A DNA stretch of 64,000 nt from Syntrophales bacterium (lineage in GTDB: Bacteria; Desulfobacterota; Syntrophia; Syntrophales; PHBD01), in the NCBI GenBank assembly GCA_963668175.1, contig OY764159.1, positions 3,845,652-3,909,651 on the forward strand, written 5' to 3'. Numbering within the stretch: position 1 is the first letter of the stretch; each line of letters begins with the position of its first letter. The notes beneath the pieces are model-generated. The model made no database searches, was not told the origin of the DNA, and saw only the letters and a list, made by a program, of their open reading frames with translations. The translations under genes were made by a program, and so were the position numbers. This document shows, one piece after another, positions 9,651 through 18,522 of this stretch.

Positions 9651-10790
9651 TTAGCGCAAATACTCCGCCGCAGCCATGATACGCTGGATCTCGTTTACGC
9701 CCTCGTAGATCTCCGCCAGCTTCATGTCGCGGAAGATCCGCTCCACGTTGAACTCCTTCGAATACGAAAACGCGCCCAACACCTGCATCGCATTGCTCGC
9801 CACACGATGGCACGCCTGCGACACAAACAGCCGCGTCCGCGCAGACTTGAACAGGATGTCCTGCTTCTGGGACTTGTGGTACGCCGTCGCATACGTATAG
9901 TAACGCGCCGCCTCCACATCCGAAGACATCTCGCCCAGAAGCCACTGGATCGTCTGGAAACTCGTGATCGGCTTGCCTCGCTGCACGCGCTCCTTCGCAT
10001 ACTTGATCGCCTCTTCGAACGCGCCCTGGGCCATGCCCACGCATTCCGCGGATATGCCCAGCTTGCCGATCGCGATCTCCGTCGTCAGGATCTTGAAGCC
10101 CTTGCCGCGGTTCGCCTCGCCGCCCGTCGTGTTCTCGATCGGCACCCGAACGTCTTCAAGGACCACATCGGCCACTTCCATCCCGTTCATGCCCATCTTC
10201 TCCACCAGCTTCGGCGTCGAATAACCCTTCGCATCCTTCGGAACGATAATGTTCGTCACCTTCCCGTCCTTCGCCACGTCCTTGCAGAATACAACGATGT
10301 AACCGGGAAGCGTCGAGTTCGTGATGAAGATCTTCTCGCCGTTGATCACCCATTCGTTGCCGTCCTGAACGCACGTCGTCTTGATGTTGTCCGGGTCCGA
10401 TCCCGTCGACGGCTCCGTGAAGGCAAAACTCCCCACAGCCTCTCCCGCCACGATCTGCGGCAGGTACTTCTTCTTCTGCTCCTCCGTCCCGAAGTCGTTG
10501 ATCGTCCCCGCACAGAGGCAGTTCACCGAGATGTGGCCGCCGATCGAACAATACACCCGAGACAGCTCCTCGATCACCATCACGTACTCCAGGTACGTGC
10601 TCCCCACCCCGCCGTACGCAGCAGGGTACTGTATCCCGTAAAAGCTCAGCTCCCGCATCTTCTTGATCAGCTCGCGGGGAGTACGCTTCTTCTCCTCCAT
10701 CTCCGGGATCAAAGGGCGAATCTCCGTCTCCGCGAACTTCCGCGCGGTATCCCTGAACATCACTTGTTCTTCCGTCAAACCAAATTCCAT
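9651..10790 (-). CDS. acyl-CoA dehydrogenase
   Basis: 379 aa with ACAD motifs (FAFTEPSTGSDP, QVLGAFSYSKEFNVERIFRDMKLAEIYEGVNEIQR). Confidence 0.9.
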   Translation of the reverse strand: MEFGLTEEQVMFRDTARKFAETEIRPLIPEMEEKKRTPRELIKKMRELSFYGIQYPAAYGGVGSTYLEYVMVIEELSRVYCSIGGHISVNCLCAGTINDFGTEEQKKKYLPQIVAGEAVGSFAFTEPSTGSDPDNIKTTCVQDGNEWVINGEKIFITNSTLPGYIVVFCKDVAKDGKVTNIIVPKDAKGYSTPKLVEKMGMNGMEVADVVLEDVRVPIENTTGGEANRGKGFKILTTEIAIGKLGISAECVGMAQGAFEEAIKYAKERVQRGKPITSFQTIQWLLGEMSSDVEAARYYTYATAYHKSQKQDILFKSARTRLFVSQACHRVASNAMQVLGAFSYSKEFNVERIFRDMKLAEIYEGVNEIQRIMAAAEYLR

Positions 10791-10835
10791 AGATTCCTCC
10801 AGTTATATGTTTAATCCAGATTCGATCCTTTTCTC

Positions 10836-12308
10836 TTAATACCAGGAACGCTTCGCACGGAAGATCCCCTTCGTCGATTCCTTCACCGGAATCCCCGCCA
10901 GCTTCTTCACCAGGTTCTTCGAATGCTCGATGTTGTGGTCGCGGTAGATAGCCACCTTCTCGATCACGGGCGAACCCCCGCCGTGCAGCGCGTCGATCAG
11001 CTTGTGGCCGCCCCACGTCGACGTCATCATGTCCTGGAACAGACGGAACGCACGGTGCTGATCCTCGCCCGATACATCCGGATTCCTCATGATGTATTTC
11101 TCCAGGAACGGACCGATCTTCTTGTCCGCAAAATCCTCCTCCGCAGGCAGCGTACAAGCCAAACCGCCAGCGATCGCCGCCAGGTGCTCGTACTCCTGGT
11201 AGATCGACTCGCCCGCCAGCATCCGGCCCGCGTTCACGTAGTTCGTATCCGGTACGTACGTCCCCGAATCCGCACGCGTCGAATGGATCGCCGACGCAAT
11301 CCCCGCCGCATAGATCAAATCCACGATCTGGATCATCTCCGCCAACGTATGACGAACATGGCCCGCATTGCCGATCCCGTTGTACTCCGCCGCCAGCGCC
11401 GTCGCTCCCAGAACAACCTCGGAAAGCGCCGCCTTGCAGCCCGTGTAGCTGTGTCGGTGGAACAACGCAAAATACAGCGCCGCCTTGCCCGCCTGCTCCG
11501 TCTCGCCGCACAAAAACACACGCTCCCACGGCACAAACACATGGTCCAATATCGTCAACGAATGCGAAAAACCGATGTTCGAATGCGGAGCCATCAGCTT
11601 TTGACGCTGAGGTGGATGGAACGGCGCATTCACCAGCGTCACGCCCTCCGCGTCCGCCGGAATCGCAAACGCCACCGCCCAGTCCGACTCGTCTTCCATC
11701 ATGTTCCGGTAAGGCAAAAAGATGATCTCGTCCGCATACACCGACGCCGAGTTGTGCGCCTTCGCCCCGTTCACGATGATGCCGTCCGGCCTCTTCTCCA
11801 CCACACGCACATACAAATCCGGGTCCTTCTGCTTCGCAGGACGCCACGCACGGTTACCCTTCGCGTCCGTCTGCGCACACACCAGACACAGGTCCTCTTT
11901 CTGCACCTTCTTCAGGTATTCCAGAAACCGCTTGTTGTACTCCGTCCCGTGCTTCTGGTCCGCATCGTACGTCGCAATCGACAGCGAGTTCAAGCCGTCC
12001 ACGCCCATGCAGCGCTGGATGCAACCGCCCACTTCCTGGCAGTACAGACGCGTCATCTTCTGCTTGTTCAAAAGGTCTTCCACGCTCTGATGGATATGCG
12101 TGTAGCGGTTGATCGTCTCGCCCGTCAGATGCGACTTCGTCACACCCACGCTCTCAAAATCCGGGTCCTTCACAAAATCGTACGTCGTCGTCATGACGTT
12201 GATGCCCCCGACGATCGACGGATCGAACCTGTCCACAAACTGCCCTCTCTGAAATACATTCCGCCGCATCTTTGCAATGCGCTCCCTGTATTGCTTTCCC
12301 GTTATCAT
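10836..12308 (-). CDS. 4-hydroxybutyryl-CoA dehydratase / vinylacetyl-CoA isomerase-type enzyme (HpaB-fold, Fe-S ligand pattern retained)
   Basis: 490 aa. Has CIQRC (Cys96/Cys100) and HRHSYTGC (His284/Cys291), matching the Cys-x3-Cys plus His-x6-Cys [4Fe-4S] ligand arrangement recalled for Clostridium aminobutyricum AbfD. Confidence 0.75.
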   Translation of the reverse strand: MITGKQYRERIAKMRRNVFQRGQFVDRFDPSIVGGINVMTTTYDFVKDPDFESVGVTKSHLTGETINRYTHIHQSVEDLLNKQKMTRLYCQEVGGCIQRCMGVDGLNSLSIATYDADQKHGTEYNKRFLEYLKKVQKEDLCLVCAQTDAKGNRAWRPAKQKDPDLYVRVVEKRPDGIIVNGAKAHNSASVYADEIIFLPYRNMMEDESDWAVAFAIPADAEGVTLVNAPFHPPQRQKLMAPHSNIGFSHSLTILDHVFVPWERVFLCGETEQAGKAALYFALFHRHSYTGCKAALSEVVLGATALAAEYNGIGNAGHVRHTLAEMIQIVDLIYAAGIASAIHSTRADSGTYVPDTNYVNAGRMLAGESIYQEYEHLAAIAGGLACTLPAEEDFADKKIGPFLEKYIMRNPDVSGEDQHRAFRLFQDMMTSTWGGHKLIDALHGGGSPVIEKVAIYRDHNIEHSKNLVKKLAGIPVKESTKGIFRAKRSWY

Positions 12309-12400
12309 GTTTCAAACTCCTTATTCGTTTTGATATTTTATTTGTTTAATGACGATATTTTTTTCTTCATCCGCTCTATGCCGATCCGCCGGCAACAACG

Positions 12401-12436
12401 TATTGTCTATAATATTGTCGACACTATTGTATGTAC
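12401..12436. promoter_or_regulatory. three tandem TATTGT repeats (12-bp period) containing the palindrome TGTCGACA; candidate GntR/FadR-type operator
   Basis: TATTGTCTATAA TATTGTCGACAC TATTGTATGTAC read directly. The palindrome TGTCGACA lies at 12416-12423. The 12-mer AATATTGTCGAC (12411-12422) matches AATATTGTATAC upstream of the GntR gene at 10 of 12 positions. Confidence 0.45.
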
Positions 12437-12458
12437 CTCTCCGGAGTACCATTGTCAA
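12430..12458 (-). promoter_or_regulatory. sigma-70-like promoter for the dehydratase/ACAD/crotonase operon
   Basis: The minus strand reads TTGACA (12453-12458), a 17-nt spacer, then TACATA (12430-12435). The operator-like repeats lie immediately downstream. Confidence 0.4.
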
Positions 12459-12774
12459 GTGTTTTTTAGCCGTTACGGAAGAAATGCGAATCAGGGGTGG
12501 ATTCGTGTAATACAATATAATAATTAGCGATTGACGGCATTCCGCTTAGGCATAGGCAGGGACTGCTTCAAAATACCGCCTTGTCTGGTCATCGTGAATT
12601 GGTGAAATGATATGGGGCCTGGTCCGGTTGGTATCCGGAAGGTGCTCTTCTTCTGAAAAGAGAAGATGATGTTCAAAATCCTTGCAGGAAATGACTTGGA
12701 AACTATAACCGACGAATTTTTCGACTGATTTATGTACCTTTACCTTAATTTTTGCGGAGGAACCCGTGAATCGT

Positions 12775-13446
12775 TTAGAGAAGCAAATTTCTGCCTATGG
12801 ACAGCGACTCGATGACAAAACGTTTCGTCGTCCGCACGTGAAGGATCATGCTCTGCTCGGCGGAGTCCGCCTCTTTCTTCTTACATGAATCCAAGATGGC
12901 CGCATGATGTTCTATGTACGTCTCGAATGCCCTCTCATAACTTACCGACATGTTTTGATAATGATAAGTCCTTCGTTTCAGCATGACGATCAACTGGCTG
13001 ATCGTTTCATTTCCCGCCTTCTCACGGAAATAGCCGTGAAACTGGGCATTGTTCTGCAGCCACAAAGGAATATCCTTGTCTTTGGCCGCTTTGATCAACT
13101 TCCTATGAATGTCGGATAGGTTTATGATATCCTTGTTATCCATCCTGTCGACGCTGATTCGGACTGCGTATCCCTCCAGCAACGCCCGCGATTCATAGAT
13201 GTCTTCAATCTGGTTTATGGACAGTTTCCTGACCTCGATCCCTTTGTTCCTTTCGAAACTGAGCAGTCCTTCGCTTTCCAACTGTCTCAATGCTTCTCGA
13301 ATCGGGCTCCGGCTGACGCCATAAATATCCGACAGTTTTTTTTCCGTCAGCCTTTCGCCGGGCATGAGGTTCCCGTAGGTTATATCATCTCTTATTCTCT
13401 CATAAATGTTCTGCCGTATCGATTTATCACTTTGTCCTTCGGCCAT
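12775..13446 (-). CDS. GntR-family transcriptional regulator (FadR/FCD subfamily)
   Basis: 223 aa. Has an N-terminal winged HTH (LTEKKLSDIYGVSRSPIREALRQLESEGLL) and a C-terminal all-helical FCD-like domain. Confidence 0.9.
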   Translation of the reverse strand: MAEGQSDKSIRQNIYERIRDDITYGNLMPGERLTEKKLSDIYGVSRSPIREALRQLESEGLLSFERNKGIEVRKLSINQIEDIYESRALLEGYAVRISVDRMDNKDIINLSDIHRKLIKAAKDKDIPLWLQNNAQFHGYFREKAGNETISQLIVMLKRRTYHYQNMSVSYERAFETYIEHHAAILDSCKKKEADSAEQSMILHVRTTKRFVIESLSIGRNLLL

Positions 13447-13530
13447 TTTCGTGCCTGTCCTATTCTTTTATTTTATTGAGTTGCCCACGGGTTCTGCGAT
13501 TGCCATAAAAATCTATATGTTACAACACGA

Positions 13531-13575
13531 AATATTGTATACGCTGCTATTAACATCACACCTATCCGCTGTCAA
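13531..13575 (-). promoter_or_regulatory. sigma-70-like promoter plus operator-like motif upstream of the GntR gene
   Basis: The minus strand reads TTGACA (13570-13575), a 17-nt spacer, TAATAG (13547-13552), then GTATACAATATT (13531-13542). The last element shares GT..ACAATATT with the 12411-12422 site. Confidence 0.4.
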
Positions 13576-13607
13576 GGTAATATGGAATTGATTTTTCTTC
13601 ATTCAAA

Positions 13608-14303
13608 TCATGCAATTACCGTCTCTCTAGCTATTTTCTGCAACTGTGTCGCCTGTGAAACGGATAGGTCGCTGAGTATTTCCCCTCTGTTTATCAACCT
13701 GCCGGATAACCCTTCCGGGGAGGCACCGTAGATAGAAGCATAAAAAACGCAGGCTGCCAGATATGCCCCTATCTGATTGGAATGCCGCCCATCTTCGTCG
13801 TATAGATCCAGATCGGGATACTGCATCAGAGCATTCTCCCAAGCCAGTCCTACCGGCACCAATTTTGCTCCGAGTCCCGAAGCCGTTCTCTCATAGGCTT
13901 CCGTAATGTCTTTCTGTGTCTCACGGCGATTCCGGTTTGCCCATGTCATGTACAGGGCCACTCTTCCTCTGTTTCTTAATATCTCATCGTTCAGTCTGCT
14001 CGCATTCAGAAGCATTTTATCCGGATCATCGAGAGGACCGGAACTCTTTTCCTGAAGGACGACATAGTCCCATATTCCCTGTGCAATGAACGACCGGCTT
14101 CGCTCATTCTGCCAATGCCATTCAAGACTCACACCGGCACCTGCATTGACTTCGACTTCCAGGTCTTTCCCTGAATCCGACGCCCTGACCAGAGAAACCA
14201 ACAGTCTCGGGACATCGTGTCTGTATGTGTGACTGTTACCCAAAAACAATATTCTGCTGCAACATGCAGGTCCATCCATACCGACCTTCTGTACCTTACT
14301 CAA
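13608..14303 (-). CDS. SGNH/GDSL-like hydrolase-fold protein (function unknown)
   Basis: 231 aa. Has an ILFLGNSHTY block-I-like motif and a late DGRHSN block resembling the SGNH catalytic D-x-x-H region. The assignment is tentative. Confidence 0.45.
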   Translation of the reverse strand: MSKVQKVGMDGPACCSRILFLGNSHTYRHDVPRLLVSLVRASDSGKDLEVEVNAGAGVSLEWHWQNERSRSFIAQGIWDYVVLQEKSSGPLDDPDKMLLNASRLNDEILRNRGRVALYMTWANRNRRETQKDITEAYERTASGLGAKLVPVGLAWENALMQYPDLDLYDEDGRHSNQIGAYLAACVFYASIYGASPEGLSGRLINRGEILSDLSVSQATQLQKIARETVIA

Positions 14304-14319
14304 ATATGTCCATGCGTCA

Positions 14320-15156
14320 CTAAGAACACTTTACCAAGGATTCGAGGTCCGCGGCGATGATATTCACCGGCGGATGCCAAGCCTCGGCTTCTTCCCGTGA
14401 CGAAACACCGCTCAGCACCAGAGCTACCGGACATCCGGCTTTCTGCCCCGCCGCAATATCCGTATCTAATCGATCGCCGACGACCAATACCCGCTCCCTC
14501 GGCAGCCCCAGGCGCCGACAAGCGAGGTCTATCAGCGCAGGAGAAGGTTTACCGGCATAAATGGGACATATTCCCGTTGCCGTAGATATTACGGATATCC
14601 AGGAACCGGCTCCCGGGATCTTGCCGCGCGGCGTCGGAAAAGTCCTGTCCGGGTTCGTGGCATAAAACGGAAGGCCGCTCTGCACCAATAAGGCGGCTTC
14701 GGAAAATTTCCTGACAGTAAGATGCCTATCCATTCCTATCGCGACGGCCTGCGCCTTTTCAGCCTCTTCAAGGGACAGAGTAACAAAATTCCTATCTTTC
14801 AAGGCTTCGATCAGACCCGACTCGCCAACCGCAAAAACGTTTCCCCCCTGAGGAAATCTTTCACCCAGCATATGAGCCAGAACAAGGGATGATGTAATGA
14901 TTTGCCTTTCCTCCACTTTCAGGCCGAATCCATCCATCCGCTTGACGTACTCGCGGGGAGTCCGGGTACCGTTGTTTGTAGCGAAGACCGTCTTAAGCCC
15001 GCGCGTTCTTATTGCGTTGAAGATGGCCGTCAAATCCCCGATGGGTGAATCCGATTTCCATAAAACGCCGTCCATGTCCAATATTAACGCGCGTATATCA
15101 TCCGGTATGGTACAAATCATAGAGAAACGATATCCCAAAACCGGATCGATTCGCAC
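14320..15156 (-). CDS. HAD-IIA family hydrolase (NagD-like sugar phosphatase)
   Basis: 278 aa with HAD motif I LILDMDGVLW, motif II FATNN and motif IV VGDRLDTDI. An alternative start is Met13 at 15120. Confidence 0.85.
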   Translation of the reverse strand: MRIDPVLGYRFSMICTIPDDIRALILDMDGVLWKSDSPIGDLTAIFNAIRTRGLKTVFATNNGTRTPREYVKRMDGFGLKVEERQIITSSLVLAHMLGERFPQGGNVFAVGESGLIEALKDRNFVTLSLEEAEKAQAVAIGMDRHLTVRKFSEAALLVQSGLPFYATNPDRTFPTPRGKIPGAGSWISVISTATGICPIYAGKPSPALIDLACRRLGLPRERVLVVGDRLDTDIAAGQKAGCPVALVLSGVSSREEAEAWHPPVNIIAADLESLVKCS

Positions 15157-15362
15157 GTACTACGCTCATTTTTGCCGTAAATCCCACCGGTAATAGTATT
15201 CACCATTCTAAGACAATATTTCATACAATTCTGTATCACTTATGCAGACGTTCAGCAAGTCTTTTTTGTATGACAAAACCGCTGAGACAGGAACTGGTAT
15301 AGAAGATTCGAGAAATATGTGGAGACTGTTGAAAAAGGGCTTCCCTCGGGAAGCCCTTGTAA

Positions 15363-15439
<77 letters not shown>

Positions 15440-15512
15440 ATGTCCAATGATATGTGTAAAGAAAGAGCGTCTTAACCCCTTTTGACCGCTTTTGTCAAGA
15501 TATCTTGTCGGT

Positions 15513-17246
15513 TCAGCGAACATAGCCCGCTATCCCGTCGAAGCGGTAGCCTTTCTGCCTCATTCCTTCACCAGAAGGATCTGTCGTGTAAAAGTGGTTC
15601 CCCCTGGAAGGATTGTACCACCGATACAGTTCCTTGGTTCCGGTCAAACGCGACGAACCGATATTGCCGATGACACCTTCATAAATATAACCGTTCAAGG
15701 ATTTCCCGCCGCCCTTAAGGTCATAGGAATAGAAACGGTCGCCTTTCTGTGGGTTGTACCATCGGTGAAAATTCGTGGTTCCTGGTGTGCCTGGTACAAA
15801 AAGCCGAAAGGCGATTCCCTGCTTCTGGTAGTTGCCGGCCTGTATGCTCTTCGCCTCTGCCTGGGGGTTGCTCGTAAGAAAATAGTCGTATCCGCGGACG
15901 AAACGGTACACGTCAAGGATCTTCGGCATATTTGACAACCCGACCTCGACGGAAACCTCGACCATTTTCCGACCGCCGTTGGAGGTGAAAAGAATATTTT
16001 CCGTATAAGACCCGGGACTCATGGACTGCGGGTTTACTGTGAGGGTAATGTAGTCGGTTTCCCGAACCGTCCTTCCACTGATCGGAAACGCCTTCAGCCA
16101 GCCGGGGGGTCCTTTCATGAATTCTTTACCCAAAATCCGAACGCCTTCGATGGCAACGTGCCCCTCTTTGCTCATCAGGGTCAGGGTATGTTGACCGTCC
16201 GGAAGGCCTTCGACGACGGCAAATTCCGCTTCTTCCTTTTGTTCGCTCAACGATTCGGCGCGGCTGACAAATTTATCATCGATATATGCCGACAGGTTGC
16301 CCCCGTCGGGACCTTTCCAAAACAGAACGGAAATTCCCGTCCCGCTGAATTGGTAGCGAAGCGTGCTATTCGGTGCCGCTGCTACGGGATAGCCGTTATC
16401 CTCCGACCATAAGCCGAACGTTTCCACGCTGTCTTTCAACGGTATCGGCAGGACGTAGGCCCGGCTTCCCCTGACGGCTTCGTTTATGAAGGAAACATAA
16501 CGCCCTTTCCTGGCCGGTCCCGCCTGGTCTCCGGCCTGTGTATTCGGCGCAACCTTCAGCGTCCACCGGAGAATATCCTTTCCTTTATTGGCCAATTCAA
16601 GTCTTTTGGTAACCGTGGCATTCCCGCTGATATTGCCGAAATCCACCCGGGACGGGAAGACTTCCAGAATGGGCTCCGTATCCACCGGCGTAATTTTAAA
16701 TTTCAGAAAAAGACTTCTCACAATGCCGCTGGAACTGATTTTGAGACTCTCCCGGTAGAATCCCGGCATCATCTCCTTCCGGCACGTCATGGTCATATTT
16801 TCTATCGTCAGGCTGAGAATCATGGTCCCGAAGTGATTTTTCGGCCGGGAACTATTCTCTTCGCCGTTGGCCTTTACATACTTAAGCATGATACGCATGG
16901 GGACGATTGAACTTTCCAGGTTGCCCTTCAGCATTTGATCGTCTGTACAGAACCAGCCTTCGGGCTTGCTTATCATCCAGTTCATGCTGCCGCTGCCAAG
17001 ATTCCGCAGGGAAATCGTGCTTGACGCCTCCGCGCCGGGTGAAATTGTACCGAGATCCACTTCTTTGGGCGATATCGACAGAATAGGGCGCATCACGTTA
17101 TACTGATCGTTGCCCCGGGCGGCGGAAAGGATCAATTTGCCGTCCCTGCCGTAAACGGTCCCGGATAGGGCCAGGCACAAGAGAAGGGCCGCCCAAACAT
17201 GTAATAGTTTCCTTGCCATGCCTGAAATGAACTCCTTTCGTGGCAT
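15513..17246 (-). CDS. secreted protein with N-terminal beta-sandwich-like region and C-terminal DUF5648-type repeats
   Basis: 577 aa with a signal peptide (LLHVWAALLLCLALSGTVYG). The C-terminal repeats are FHRWYNPQKGDRFYSYD and LYRWYNPSRGNHFYTTD. Confidence 0.7.
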   Translation of the reverse strand: MPRKEFISGMARKLLHVWAALLLCLALSGTVYGRDGKLILSAARGNDQYNVMRPILSISPKEVDLGTISPGAEASSTISLRNLGSGSMNWMISKPEGWFCTDDQMLKGNLESSIVPMRIMLKYVKANGEENSSRPKNHFGTMILSLTIENMTMTCRKEMMPGFYRESLKISSSGIVRSLFLKFKITPVDTEPILEVFPSRVDFGNISGNATVTKRLELANKGKDILRWTLKVAPNTQAGDQAGPARKGRYVSFINEAVRGSRAYVLPIPLKDSVETFGLWSEDNGYPVAAAPNSTLRYQFSGTGISVLFWKGPDGGNLSAYIDDKFVSRAESLSEQKEEAEFAVVEGLPDGQHTLTLMSKEGHVAIEGVRILGKEFMKGPPGWLKAFPISGRTVRETDYITLTVNPQSMSPGSYTENILFTSNGGRKMVEVSVEVGLSNMPKILDVYRFVRGYDYFLTSNPQAEAKSIQAGNYQKQGIAFRLFVPGTPGTTNFHRWYNPQKGDRFYSYDLKGGGKSLNGYIYEGVIGNIGSSRLTGTKELYRWYNPSRGNHFYTTDPSGEGMRQKGYRFDGIAGYVR

Positions 17247-17374
17247 TACCTAGCGTATACCCGTGAAGAAAGCAAAGGTTTTTCGCAAAACTGAAAATAC
17301 TTGACACCCCATAAAAATCCGATATATCGTCGCGCGGTTTTTCATTGACATACATTTATGTGATACTATCGAAT

Positions 17375-18520
17375 ATGACCGATAGCGAAGACAAATACTG
17401 GCTTGCCCTGAAATCGATCGACGGGGTGGGCAATGTCGGCATGAAAAAACTGGTGGATGCCTGCGGATCGGCCCGCCGGGTTTTTTCCGCGCCTGTCGGA
17501 AATTTGAAAACAATAGGAGGAATTGGCTCCACAATCATTGCACGGATCAAGGCCTTTGACGACTGGGATAAGGTGGATGGCGAACTCGAAAAAGTGGCCA
17601 AGCTTCAGGCTTATATCCTTAATTATCAGGATCCTATTTATCCGGCCGCCCTCCTCAATATATACGATTTTCCGCCTTTTCTTTACGTAAAGGGAAGATT
17701 GGACCCTGACGACGTTTACATAGCCGTCGTCGGTTCGAGAATGGCCAGCAGTTACGGTCGATATACGACGGAGAGACTGTGCAGAGAAATGGGGATGAAA
17801 GGCATTACCATCGTGAGCGGCATGGCCAGGGGTATCGATTCAGCGGCGCACCGCGGAGCCCTGACGGGGAAAGGAAGAACGGTTGCCGTTCTGGGTTGCG
17901 GACTGGATATCGTCTATCCGCCTGAAAATGCAAGTCTCATGGAAGAAATAGCCTCACACGGCGCCGTCATCACGGAATTTCCCTTGGGAACGCAACCCAA
18001 CGGACCCAATTTTCCCGCCCGTAACCGGATCATCAGCGGCATGTCTCTCGGTGTGGTCGTCGTCGAAGCAACGGACAAAAGCGGTTCTCTCATCACGGCA
18101 AGAATGGCCCTGGAACAGGGCCGGGAAGTTTTCGCCGTTCCCGGCAGCATCGACGCCAGCGGATCGAAAGGCACAAACCGTCTGATCAAAGACGGGGCAA
18201 AACTTGTAGAAAGTGTCGATGACATTCTGGAAGAGCTTCTGCCCCAGATCGCGGGAAGACGGGAACAAGAACCTCTTAAGGAAACGGGTACGAAAAAGAC
18301 GGAAAGGGCAAGCACGAAGGCCTCCGCCCCTGATGACGGTCTGATGGAGGAAAACGAGAGAATTCTATATAGGATGATCTCGACCGATCCGGTCGATGCC
18401 GACAGCCTGATAGCCTCTTCGGGTCTCGGGACGGGCATTGTGTTGACGACCCTCATGAACATGGAGTTGAAGGGCCGCATCCGGCAATTGCCGGGCAAAA
18501 CATTCATACGCAAGGAATAA
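17375..18520 (+). CDS. dprA: DNA-processing protein DprA (Smf)
   Basis: ORF 17345..18520. The likely start is MTDSEDKYWLAL at 17375. Has the Rossmann-like DprA core (IVSGMARGIDSAAHRGAL ... VFAVPGSIDASGSKGTNRLIKDGA). Confidence 0.9.
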   Translation: MTDSEDKYWLALKSIDGVGNVGMKKLVDACGSARRVFSAPVGNLKTIGGIGSTIIARIKAFDDWDKVDGELEKVAKLQAYILNYQDPIYPAALLNIYDFPPFLYVKGRLDPDDVYIAVVGSRMASSYGRYTTERLCREMGMKGITIVSGMARGIDSAAHRGALTGKGRTVAVLGCGLDIVYPPENASLMEEIASHGAVITEFPLGTQPNGPNFPARNRIISGMSLGVVVVEATDKSGSLITARMALEQGREVFAVPGSIDASGSKGTNRLIKDGAKLVESVDDILEELLPQIAGRREQEPLKETGTKKTERASTKASAPDDGLMEENERILYRMISTDPVDADSLIASSGLGTGIVLTTLMNMELKGRIRQLPGKTFIRKE

Positions 18521-18522
18521 AC

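Noticed and set aside
10156-12527. Long ORFs 10156..11847 (minus, 563 aa) and 10923..12527 (plus, 534 aa) overlapping the ACAD and dehydratase genes
   Set aside because: They are off-frame or antisense shadows with extreme Gly/Arg/Asp or Arg/His/Leu composition. The in-frame ACAD and AbfD-type translations carry clear family motifs.
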